Source: Anaeramoeba ignava BMAN (lineage: Eukaryota > Protista > Anaeramoebae). Taken from it: 64,000 bases of DNA. The stretch lies in NCBI GenBank assembly GCA_028826165.1, contig JAPDFW010000033.1, positions 710,987 through 774,986 on the forward strand. Direction: 5' to 3'. The notes under the pieces were generated by a model. It saw nothing but the letters and a program-made list of their open reading frames with translations, was not told where the DNA came from and did not search any database. Position 1 is the stretch's first letter. The number at the start of each line of letters is the position of its first letter. The translations under genes and the position numbers were made by a program. This document shows positions 23,339-34,569 of this stretch, piece by piece.

Positions 23339-26300
23339 ATGGTTGATTCAATTGGACCATATTTTCTTGGCGAAAGTTTAGGAGAAGGAAATTTTAGCAA
23401 AGTTAGACTTGGAATCCACAAATCAACAAAAGAAAAAGTAGCGATCAAAATCATATCAAAACAATTATGTTTATTAGAAGAAACAACAAGAGAGCAAATA
23501 CAAAAAGAAATATTCATTTTATGTTTATTGAAGAATCCAAATGTGTTGAGACTTTATGATGTTTATGAAACCGAAAAGGAATTGTTTCTTGTTATGGAAT
23601 ATGCTGATAAATCTGATCTATTTGTTCGTTTATCAGAAAAAAAAATGTTTACTCCAAATGAAGCTTTAAGATATTTTCAACAATTGATTTTCGGTTTGGA
23701 ATACTGTCATGCTCATCTTGTTGTTCATCGTGATTTGAAACTTGAAAATCTTCTTTTGAATCAAAAAGGTCAATTAAAAATTGGTGATTTTGGTATGGCT
23801 AGGCTTATGAAATCTAATTCTTTATTGGAGACTTCTTGTGGTTCTCCTCATTATGCTTCTCCTGAAGTTATTGAGGTATATCCCCCTTTTTTTATTGATT
23901 TTTTTTTTTTTGATCTTTTTCTTAATTTTCCCATTTTCATTCACAGATCCAACTTAAAATCAATTAACTTTATAAATTAATTATAATTTTAAATATAATT
24001 CTAATTCTAATTCTAATTCTAATTCTAATTCTAATTTTAATTCTAATTCTAATTTTAATTCTAATTCTAATTCTAATTCTAATTCTAATTCTAATTTTAA
24101 TTTTAATTTAATTCTAATTTTAATTCTAATTCTAATTCTAATTCTAATTCTAATTCTAATTCTAATTCTAATTTTAATTCTAATTCTAATTTTAATTTTA
24201 ATTCTATTTTAATTTTAATTTTAATTTTAATTCTATTTTTAATTCTAATTATAATTTTAATTTTAATTCTAATTTTAATTTTAATTCTAATTTTAATTCT
24301 AATTTTAATTCTAATTCTAATTTTAATTTTAATTAATTATTTAAAAAAAAGGGAAAAAGATATGATGGAACTAAATCAGATGTTTGGAGTTGTGGAGTAA
24401 TTTTATTTACATTATTAACAGGAAGACTACCATTTCATGATAACAATGTTGTACAACTTTTCAAAAAGGTTCGAACACGACAATTCATGCTTCCAAAAAA
24501 TTTATCAAAAGATCAAGTTGATTTAATTTGTCGAATGTTGACAATAGATCCAGATCGAAGAATATCAATTCCAGAAATTAAACAGCATAAATGGTTCCGT
24601 TCTAATTTTCCAGACAATTATGAACCACCTAATGTTATTATTAGAAAATCAATTGCAAATTATTATAGTTTATCAACTTCCAATATGGATCTTATTTCTA
24701 GTTTTAAAACACTTAATATTTCTCAAGCTAAAAATCTCCGAAAAATTCTTACTAATCCACAAATTACTCCAGATCATTCTTTGTTTCAAGAATTTCAAGA
24801 ATTTCCAGAATTACAAAATAGCAATTTATTTAGTAAAAATTTAGTGTCCAATTCTTTTATTTAATTTTAATTTTAATTTTATTTTTATTTTTATTAGTCG
24901 ATGATTCAAGAAATCAAGAATCTGTTGAACCACAAAAAAATGGTATTGAATTAGATGTAGATCAAGATAATGTTGCAAAAAAAGAAAATTCAAATGAAAT
25001 CAAGCACGATGAATGGGTTGAAATTGATTTTAATGAATTTCCAAGTAAATAACATTAATAAATATTTAAATATAAAATAAATATTAAATTCAAAATAATT
25101 AATCCAAAATAAACATCAAAATAAATATTTAATTCAAAATATATATTCAATTCAAAATAAATATTCAATTCAAAATAAATATTTAATTCAAAATAAATAT
25201 TTAAATTTAAAATAAATATTTAATTCAAAAATAAATATTTAATCCAAAATTAATATTAAATTCAAAATAAATATTTAATTCAAAATAAATATTTAATCCA
25301 AAATAAATATTTAATTCAAAATAAATATAAAAATAAATATTTAATCCAAAATAAATATTTAATTCAAAATAAATATTCAATTCAAAATAAATATAAAATA
25401 AATATTTAATTCAAAATAAATATAAAATAAATATTTAAACCAAAATAAATATTTAAATATAAAATAAATATTTAATTCAAAATAAATATTTAATTCAAAA
25501 TAAATATTTAATCCAAAATAAATATTTAATCCAAAATAAATATTTAATACAAAATAAATATTTAATTCAAAATAAATATTCAATTCAAAATAAATATGAG
25601 TGATTTGAGGCTGATGTGAAAAATTTTTTTTTGTTTATTTTTTTTCCCTTTTTTAATTAAAATTGAACAAGAAATCTCGATAAAAGCCTCAAATTTTGGT
25701 GCTTCCTGAGGCACGATAAAGGTTTATTTCTTTGAGAATTAGAAAAATTGAATCAAAAAAAATCAATCAAAAATCAATCAAAAATCAATCAAAAAAAAAG
25801 AAAAATGAATTAGATTCTTGTCAAAGAAAAAAGGAATAGAAAGAGTGATTATTTTTTCTTAATCTTCTCTTGTAAAAATCATCATTGTAAAAGTATCTTC
25901 TGTTCTAAAAGGATTCACGGGAAATATATGAGCATCACTTATTCCAAAAAAATTTGAACTAGTTTCGGTTTCTAAGATTTCAGTCCAATAATGACCTTCA
26001 TTGGCATTTCCAATATGGTGTATTGATCCAAGCAATTTCATTTCAGTTTCTTGATTAGGACAACTCTGAAACATGAAAGATTTGACATTGATCTTTTCTT
26101 CACATTGAATTTTGGTTCCAATTCTTGTTGTAGATTGAGTCAAGGAATCATAATAAGTTCTCTTGAAAAAAATAACCAAATATTTAGGAATAGTCAAAAG
26201 AGACAATTTAATGGATCTTTCTACTTTTTGGTCACAATTTTCACAGTGATAATGTTGAGAGAAATCTAAATCCTTTTCAGCGAAATAATTATCGAGCATT

Positions 26301-29300
26301 GAAGAAATGCTAATTTCTCCGTTCAAAATTGGAAAGCTAATCACAAGACTTGTTTCTTGAGGAAAGGAGTAAGTAAATCTTTTACATTTCTTACATGTCA
26401 CTTTTTGCACAATACGAATGCGGAAATCATTTATTATAGCTCGATTGTGAATATCAAATTCTTGATAAAGAAGATCATATGGAACATTGAAATCTGAAAT
26501 ATTCTCATTTGATATTAAATCCATCAAGGAAACAAAAAATTCATGTATATCTTGTTCATTAGTGTTGGAAAATTGAGTCACATGCTCTCTTATTACCTTT
26601 CTTAGTGGAGTTATATTAATCGATTCTTCTGAAGATTGTAAAATATCGCTCAAAGTTTCAGAAATATCACCTAAACCTAATAGTTCAATTACAGAAGTTC
26701 TTAAAAGCACTTGAATGATGGAAGCTATATAGCATGAATTGTGTGAATTTGGAATCTTTCTTAAATTCTAATCAAAAATTAAAATGAGAAAATCAAAAAG
26801 AAAAAAATAATAAAAGAAGAATTTTCTTACTCCTGTTTTGCAAATGGATATTGATGATGTAAAATTCTTTTGTTTTGGGAGATTATCTTGAAATTTTGAA
26901 ATGCGCAAATTTTTGATTTCTTCTTTTTCTTCAAATTCAATTTTTCTCTTGATTTGTTGATGTTTTCTGGAAGAACTTCGTAGATTTCCATTCATATGAT
27001 TCATTTCTTTCATCTTCTTTTCTCTTTGTGAATGAAATTTTTGTGTTTCATTTGGAATCACCTTTTCATTTTTGGAATTTGTCATTTGAGTATTAAAGAA
27101 AGGAATAGAATAATTCTCCTGAATTAATGCTGAATTTTGTTTAATTCCAAATTCTTTCTCTTGAAAAATTTGTTCAATTATAGGTATTCTTCTTTTTCGA
27201 AAATTGGTGTTTGGCATTCTTGCAGTTTTCAAGTTTCCTTTTAAGAAAATAAAAATGTGTGATTTTTTAATTTTTGCAATTGGATTCTTGTAAAGAAATT
27301 TGAGTGCTCTATTCACATTTAAAATAATTGGTGTTGTGTTACTAAGTTGAGATAAATAATCAAAAAGTGAATTAATAGTTGTAATATCCCCAAAATTTGC
27401 CTTATTCCTTGATATGTTACCAAAATGACGATCAGACATATGTTTAGCATGATTTTTAAGAAAGAAAATTACCTTAATATCTAAAAATTGCGAACTAAAA
27501 GCATCAAAAATCATCCCCAGAACAAAGTTATTTTTAATGTGTCCTCCATTATCAGAAAAAATCCTTAGTTTTGATATGTTTAATAGATTTCTTTTATGTT
27601 GCCATTCATGGAATTTATATCGAAAATCTTGAAAACTTTGAAGAACAAATTGGGAATCCTATAAGAGAAATAGAAAATTAATAGAATCAAAAAGGAATTC
27701 AATTTTTAAACTTACTTTAGTTTGATCCTCTGAAATATAATCGAAATAGAACAACTGTTTTTCAAACTGAATAGTAATATTGAAGATCACCCATGATTTT
27801 TTATGATAGAATTCTTGTGTTTCCCAATTATCTCGATACTCTTGAAAATTGACTGCAAAGTCCAAGAATAAAATAATTTGATCAAGAAGTTGAATTTCCG
27901 ATTTGTATAAATTTCTCATTTCAAGAACTTTTCTTTGGTGATTCTGCCTTTTTTTCATGATTGGATTAGAACATTTTGGACACTGGAAAAAAAAAGCTGT
28001 TGCAGAATGAATTGAAAAATACTTTTGAAGAAGTGAGCAGAAAGTCCCATATTTAAGATCATTTCCTTTATCCTGTATTTGATTAAAAAGTCTTTTCTTT
28101 GTCAAACTTGTGCGGAAAACAGGTATATCTTTTCTGCTGTAAAAATCAATCGTTGTAAATGTTTCTAAATGATCTAAAATTCGAAGGATATTTTTTTCAT
28201 GATTTGTGAAAACCCATTCTTTTGATTTTGTTTGAGATTTTAGGTAAAATGGAATCTTAAAACGATGATGTTCACAATTTAAATGTCTCTTTAGCTTCCA
28301 TGAATTTAAATTTTTCAATTCCTTATCACAAGAAGAACAAAAAACTTTTTGTGTATCTAAATCATATGAAAGAAATGGATCCTGATCGATCATTTTTTGA
28401 GTATTCATTGGCACTTTCTTTCCACTTTTTGAAATAGAGATTTGAACATTCAAAATAGGAATTTCCTCTGAAGTTATTAGAAGAACTTGTTCTTTAACAC
28501 AATTTAGGAAGATTACAAGTTGTGAATTGTTTGAAATACGAACAGTTTTATCTTGAAAGAGATAGGTGAATGCTTGAATCTTTTGTCGAATGTTGAAGTT
28601 ATCTTTCACATCTTTAATTAAGGTTTTAAAGTTTAGGATCTTTTCAGCATCAAACACACAAAAATTTCCTTGAAAACGAATAAAAAAAAGCTTCATTTAA
28701 AAGAAAAAATGAATTGAGATTTTATCAAAAAATTCCTTTTGAAATCCTCAAAAAAGTGGACATTGATTTAATTAAAAAAAAGAAAGAAAAGGAAAAAAAT
28801 CTTCTTGATCTTATTTCAAAAAAAAAAGAAAAAAACTAAAGAAAAAATTGATTCTTTAAACTATTTGAAGAAAAAAAGAAATTGAAAGGAAAAAGTGGAC
28901 ATTGATTTAATTAAAAAAAAGAAAGAAAAGGAAAAAAATCTTCTTGATCTTATTTCAAAAAAAAAGAAAAAAACTAAAGAAAAAATTGATTCTTCAATCA
29001 AAATACAAATGTCTAATATGTAAAGATATTTTGTAATTAAATTATCGATAAAAACAAATTGAAAGGGAGAAGAAAAGCAAAATGAAAAATCTGATCTTTT
29101 TGATTTTGATTGATTAAAATATGATTCAAAAAAAGTTATTTTAAAAAAGAAGTCTAAAATTTCTCTTTTATTTTTTTAAGAGATTTAAAAAAGAAGACAT
29201 ATATGAAATTTAAATTCCTTTTTTAAAAAAATTCCTTTATTAATAAAATCAAAAGTAAATAAATTTGATGAGAATTTTTTGGAACAATATAAAAAAAATC

Positions 29301-30061
29301 ACTCAATAAATTGATTATTTGATATTTTAATTTTGAGGCTCAAGAGGCTTTTTTTTTTATTGATTTTTTTTGCAACAGAATCACTCATATTTAATTCAAA
29401 ATAAATATTTAAATTTAAATTAAAATTCAAAATAAATATTTAATCCAAAATTAATATTTAATTCAAAATAAATATAAAAATAAATATTTAATCCAAAATT
29501 AATATTTAATTCAAATTAAATATTTAAATTCAAAATAAATATTAAATTCAAAATAAATATTTAATTCAAAATAAATATTTAAATTTAAATTCAATTTAAA
29601 ATTCAATTTAAATTTAATAAAAAATAGTCCAAGAAAATCATAAATCAAAACCAATCGAAATTATACAGAAAGTAAAAAAACAACCCAAAAAAATCAAACC
29701 AGAAAGAGAAAAGAAAAAAAGATTAGTAGATTGGTTCGGAAAAACAATAGAAGAAAAAAATGAAAGGAAAAAAAGAAAAAAACCAACTATTATTCCACTT
29801 ATTGTTTTTCAATCACAAAAAAATTTACTTCTTTTTACAAAAGATTTACAATCTTTTTTTAAAAAAAAGAAAATTAGTTGGAAATATCCAAATCTTTATA
29901 ACTTACAAGTTGCAAAAAAAGGTTTAGAATTCAAAATTTTATTAACTGAATTATTTAATGATCCAAATTCAAATCGAATTAAAATTAAAATTATTTATAA
30001 AAAAGGTTCAGAAAAATATTTTAAAAACATTGGAAATCAAATTTTAAAAAAAATTAAATGA
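23339..30061 (+). CDS. AMPK-related Ser/Thr kinase (BRSK/SAD/MARK-like) with C-terminal KA1-like domain; 4 exons, transposon in intron 3
   Basis: Exons 23339-23875, 24352-24832, 24898-25044 and 29628-30061 splice in frame. Motifs: GEGNFS, VAIK, HRDLKLEN, DFG, LETSCGSPHYASPE, DVWSCG. The last exon ends KIIYKKGSEKYFKNIGNQILKKIK*, which is KA1-like. Confidence 0.85.
25859..28696 (-). CDS. Transposase-deubiquitinase fusion, 905 aa, 3 exons: PB1-like? + C2H2/BED-like zinc finger + DDD transposase + USP (peptidase C19)
   Basis: Exons 28696-27716, 27658-26831 and 26767-25859, with phase-0 GT-AG introns of 57 and 63 nt. Zinc finger CSSC...RHLNCEHH. Catalytic-like LDFAVNF, FSDNGGH, HAKHMSDRHFG. USP Cys box IPNSHNSCYIASIIQVL, EQDIHEF, CKKC/CENC, His box IHHIGNANEGHYW, ISD. 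Confidence 0.82.
28750..28995. repeat. ~105-bp direct repeat (2 copies, ~140-bp spacing) upstream of the transposase start
   Basis: AAAAGTGGACATTGATTTAATTAAAA...GAAAAAATTGATTCTT occurs at ~28752 and ~28891. Confidence 0.85.
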
Positions 30062-30264
30062 AATTGAAATTGAAATTGAAATTGAAAAATAAGGAAAAGA
30101 AAAAGAAAAGAAAAAAAATCCATTTTGTTTTAGTTATTTTTTTTTCTTTTTATTTTTTTTCTTTTTATTTTTTTTGTTTTGATAAAAAAAATTTTTTTTC
30201 GTTTTTTTTTTTCATTTTTTTTCTTGTTTGGTTTTTTTTTTTTTTTAATTAAATAAAAAAATAA

Positions 30265-32342
30265 ATGAAAAAAATAGCAAAATTTTTTAAAGATCAAGGA
30301 AATCTTGCATTTGCAACAAAAGATGTAGAAAGAAGTATTATAAAAGGAACCAATAGAGATAAAGTAGCGCCAAAAGAAAAGCATGTATTATTAATACTTC
30401 GCGAAGTGAAAAAAATGGATGCAGAATATGATTTTATGCTTAAAATTTTAACTGGAAGATTAACAAAGAAAAATTATATAATTGTTTTTAAATCACTTAT
30501 TTTTCTTCATCGACTCATGATTGAAGGAGATCGAAGATTTATGAGAGAATTCTCCCTAAAACAACAAAATGCGGGCTTTTTTGGTCTTTCGAGATTCAAG
30601 GATCTTTCTTCTCCTGATTCTTTTGACTATTGTGAATTTATTCGAAATTATTCTTCTTATCTTGAGGAAAAACAAATCAATTTCAGAGAAATTTCCTTCA
30701 GTTTGGATTATGATTTGGAAACTATTTCTGCTAAATCTCCTTATCGCAAATGTGAAATTGCTAGAGTTTTAAAAGAAATTCCAAGTTTTCAGAGCCAACT
30801 TGATTTAGTTTTTCTTTGTGATGTAAAAAAAATTATTTTTAATTTAAATTAAAAAATTTTTATTTTTAATTTTTAATTTTTAAATTTAAATAGCCAAGTA
30901 CTAAGAATACAAGTCCCATTTTTGCTGCTGCTTTAGCTTTATTAATTCGTGATTCGACAAGATTATTTAAAACTATTTATGAAGGAATTTCAAATATTCT
31001 TGGTATTTTTAATTTTATAAATTATTTTTAATTTTATAAATGAATTTTTAATTTTTAAATTTTATTTAATAAAATAAAATAAAAGATGTTTATTTCAAAT
31101 TAAATGAAAATAAAGCAAAAAAAGCACTAGAAATGACTAAAAAATTTAAAGAACAAGTTGAAAAATTATCAGATTTCTCAAATAAATGTGGATCACCAAT
31201 TATTGAAGGAGAAGATGATTTAAAATCAATTACAAACTCACTAAAAAGATTAATTAAATCATTAAGCGCTCAAATCAATAATGGAGAATTTATTGAAGAA
31301 GATATTCCCATTCAAACTTTAAATTTATCAGATAAAGATGATGATGAAGATGAAAAAGAAAGTGATGATGATGATGATGAAAGTAAAAGTAAAGAAAGTG
31401 ATGATGGTGAAAGTGATAGTGGTGAAAGTGATAGTGATGAAAGTGATAGTGATGAACCAAAAAAATCGAAAAAACCAACAAAAAAAAACATAATTGAATT
31501 TAGTCCAAGATGTAAAAATTTTCAAAAACAAGAAAATTAAAAAAAAAATAAAAAAAATTTCCCAAAACATGAAAAGTTGAAAAATTAACATAAATTTTTA
31601 ATTTCATGTTTTATAAAATTTTCAAAATAGCCAAAAACAAAAAGGTTTCTTTAACTGTAACTCCAAAAAAACAACAACAACAACAAGCACAAAAAATAGA
31701 AGAATCCATTATTGATATTCAACCTCAAAGAAAAAATATTCAAAAATCAAACGATGAATTTGACTTCCTCAAAGAGATTGACCAAAAACAACCACCAACA
31801 ACAACAAAATCAAATAATTTTGGAATTGATTCATTTTTTGATTCATTACCAAATTCAAATATGAACACACCTCCCAAAACAAATCAAAGAATTTTTGATA
31901 ATGGATTTGGACAAACACAAAATGATCCATTTTCTACAAATGGATTTGATAATTTCAATTCATTTTCAACACAACAAAATCAGTTTTCGAATTTTAACAC
32001 AACATTTTCATGGGATAATACATCATTCAATTCAAATCAAAATCAAAATCAAAATCAAAATCAAAATCAAAATCAAAATCAAATTCAAAATCAAAATCAA
32101 AATTGGAATTGGAATAATTCAATTCAAAATCAAAATCAAAATCAAAATCAAATTCAAAATTCAAAATTCAAAATCAAAATCAAATTCAATTCAATCAATC
32201 AGCAAAAAATATTGGAAATAAAATTTTCCAAAATTCACATTTATCTCCAAAAAATTGGCAAAATCAACAAAGAACTATTCAAAACAGACAAGAAAAGAAA
32301 AAAGATGATTTTAGTGATTTAATTGATTTTTCTTTAATTTAA
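30265..32342 (+). CDS. ANTH-domain clathrin assembly protein (AP180/CALM-like), ~4 exons, frameshift in the NQ tract
   Basis: ANTH PIP2 motif IKGTNRDKVAPKEKHV, plus VFKSLIFLHRLMIEG and FIRNYSSYLEEK. Introns ~30823-30893, 31003-31085 and ~31512-31630. Disordered tail with DPF and FxDxF-like motifs, ending DDFSDLIDFSLI* (clathrin-box-like). Confidence 0.85.
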
Positions 32343-32506
32343 AAACCAAAAAACCAAAAAACCAAAAAACCAAAAAAACAAACCTTTATTTTAAAAATTA
32401 CAAACAGAACAAATTTTTTAATTCCATTTATTTTTTTTTCATTTTTTCATTTTTTCATTTTTTCATTTTTTCATTTCAAAAAAAATTAAAAAAGAAAAAA
32501 AAGAAA

Positions 32507-34264
32507 ATGAATGAAATTTTATTTTTTGGTTTCAATAATAACCCAATTCTTATTAAAAATAAACCAAATAAAATAACAAAACCAATTCAATTTAAATTTA
32601 AATTTGAAAATGAAAATGAAAATGAAAATGAAAAACAAATTAAACAAATTTCATCAGATTATTTTGGAATAATTTTCCTTTTTAAAAATGGAAAAGCAAT
32701 AAAATATCCAAATAATTCAAAACAAAAACCTCAAAAAATCCAAATTGAAAATATTCAAAAAGTAACTGTTAGATCGGGAAATGAAACTATTTTAACAATA
32801 GAAGGAAATGTATTTAGAAAAGATTATTCAAATCCAAAAAATCCAAATGAATTTATCAATATTTCATCATTAATTGAAGATACAAATGATAGAATAATTC
32901 AAGATGTTGTTTCTGGAGATAGTACAGTTTACTTATTAACTTCAAATCAAAATGTTTATGGAATTGGTTCAAATTATTATGGTCAACTTGGTTTAAAAAA
33001 ACCTAAAAACATAAAAAAACCAATTTTAATGATGAAAAATATTTCTAAAATATTTACAGGAAATTCTACTTATCATGTTTTTCTTTTAAATTCAAATCAA
33101 GAATTATTTTGTTGCGGTAAAAATAATCATGGACAACTTGGATTAGGTCATCACAAAAAAAAAATAATTTCATTAACCAAAATTCAAAATATTCCAAAAG
33201 GCAAAATAATTGATATTCAAACAGAAGATGATTATTCAATAATGTTGATTGAAGAAGAAGATGAAAATCCAAAAAGAAAACTTTATTCATGTGGAAATTA
33301 TCGATATAATGGACTTGGCAAAGATGAAAATACTTATGAATTTACTGAAATTAAATCATCTTTATTTGAAAATGATGATAATATTCTTGAAATTTCTTGT
33401 GCATATCATCATACTTTGATTTTAACATCCAAAGGAAAACTGATTTCATTTGGAAGAAACGATTATGGTGAATTAGGAACTGGAGATACAATAAATCAAT
33501 ATATTCCAATTCAAATTGAACTTCCTAAATTAAGATTTAATGAAGATATTTTCAATTATCATGTTCATTGTGGATATAACAAATCATTTCTTTATTATTC
33601 TCCTTCTCTTTCTTCTTTTTCCAATCTTGAAGAAGATTTGATAAAACTATTTGAAAGAAAAGAATTTTGTAATATTTCATTTAAAACAGAAAATGGAGAA
33701 ATAATTGAAGCTCATAAATTAATATTGAAATATAGATTAAATCAAAATCAAAATCAAATTGAAAAACTTCAAGAAATTATTTCAAATAAATCAATTAAAG
33801 AATCAAATCAAATATTTGAAATGATTTATTCAAACAGAATAATAAATCCAAAATTATATTCTGAAATTAAAGAAATTATAAATTCAAATGAAAAAATAGA
33901 AGAAACAATGAAAAGAATTTATTTAAATGAAAATGAAAATGAAAATGATTTTATAATTGAAAGAAAAGAAAAACAATATAAATTTCCAAAATTAATATTA
34001 ATAATGAGAAGTGAATTATATCGAGGAATGTTTTTATCTGTAACTGAAGATAAATCAAATAAAGTTACAGATTATAGTGAATTAAGTAATAAATCATTTC
34101 AAATATTTGAATATTGGATTTATTCAAATCAAATTAAAGAAGGAATTCAAATTACACAAGAAATGATTGATGAAATTAAAATTGGAATTGATTATTTTCA
34201 ATTAAATCAAACAAATCCAAATTTATTTGATTTATTAATTAACAAATTTAATAATCAAAATTAA
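32507..34264 (+). CDS. RCC1-repeat + tandem BTB protein (array B, copy 1)
   Basis: 585-aa intact paralogue of the array A genes. Confidence 0.9.
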   Translation: MNEILFFGFNNNPILIKNKPNKITKPIQFKFKFENENENENEKQIKQISSDYFGIIFLFKNGKAIKYPNNSKQKPQKIQIENIQKVTVRSGNETILTIEGNVFRKDYSNPKNPNEFINISSLIEDTNDRIIQDVVSGDSTVYLLTSNQNVYGIGSNYYGQLGLKKPKNIKKPILMMKNISKIFTGNSTYHVFLLNSNQELFCCGKNNHGQLGLGHHKKKIISLTKIQNIPKGKIIDIQTEDDYSIMLIEEEDENPKRKLYSCGNYRYNGLGKDENTYEFTEIKSSLFENDDNILEISCAYHHTLILTSKGKLISFGRNDYGELGTGDTINQYIPIQIELPKLRFNEDIFNYHVHCGYNKSFLYYSPSLSSFSNLEEDLIKLFERKEFCNISFKTENGEIIEAHKLILKYRLNQNQNQIEKLQEIISNKSIKESNQIFEMIYSNRIINPKLYSEIKEIINSNEKIEETMKRIYLNENENENDFIIERKEKQYKFPKLILIMRSELYRGMFLSVTEDKSNKVTDYSELSNKSFQIFEYWIYSNQIKEGIQITQEMIDEIKIGIDYFQLNQTNPNLFDLLINKFNNQN

Positions 34265-34569
34265 AATCAAAATTAAAATTAAAATTAAAATTAAAATAAA
34301 ATCAAAATTAAAATTAAAATTAAAATTAAAATTAAAATTAAAATTAAAATTAAAATTAAAATTAAATTTCAAAATCAAAATTAAAATTAAAATTAAAATT
34401 AAAATTAAAATTAAAATTAAATTTCAAATTAAAATTAAAATTAAAAATCAAAATTAAAATTAAAATCAAAATTAAAATTAAAATTAAAATTAAAATTAAA
34501 ATTAAAATTAAAATTAAAAATCAAAATTAAAATTATTTTTTCATTTTTTCATTTTTTTCTTTTTCAAAA

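Larger units (their letters stand above)
25598..29386 (-). mobile_element. Autonomous Sola-like (probably Sola2-type) DNA transposon, 3,789 bp
   Basis: 8-bp perfect terminal inverted repeat GAGTGATT (25598-25605) / AATCACTC (29379-29386). 4-bp duplication ATAT (25594-25597, 29387-29390). Subterminal GAGGC(T) motifs at both ends. Internal DDD transposase gene. GRG...CYC ends with a 4-bp TSD are established Sola hallmarks. Confidence 0.8.
25050..29620. repeat. Intronic 18-bp minisatellite (AAAATAAATATTTAATTC)n, split in two by the transposon (25050-25597 and 29387-29620)
   Basis: The same unit lies on both sides of the element and its register continues across the ATAT duplication. Confidence 0.85.

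Noticed and set aside
25859-26710. USP ORF as an independent host gene
   Set aside because: It lacks its own ATG before the Cys box, lies inside the TIR/TSD boundaries, and splices in frame to the transposase.
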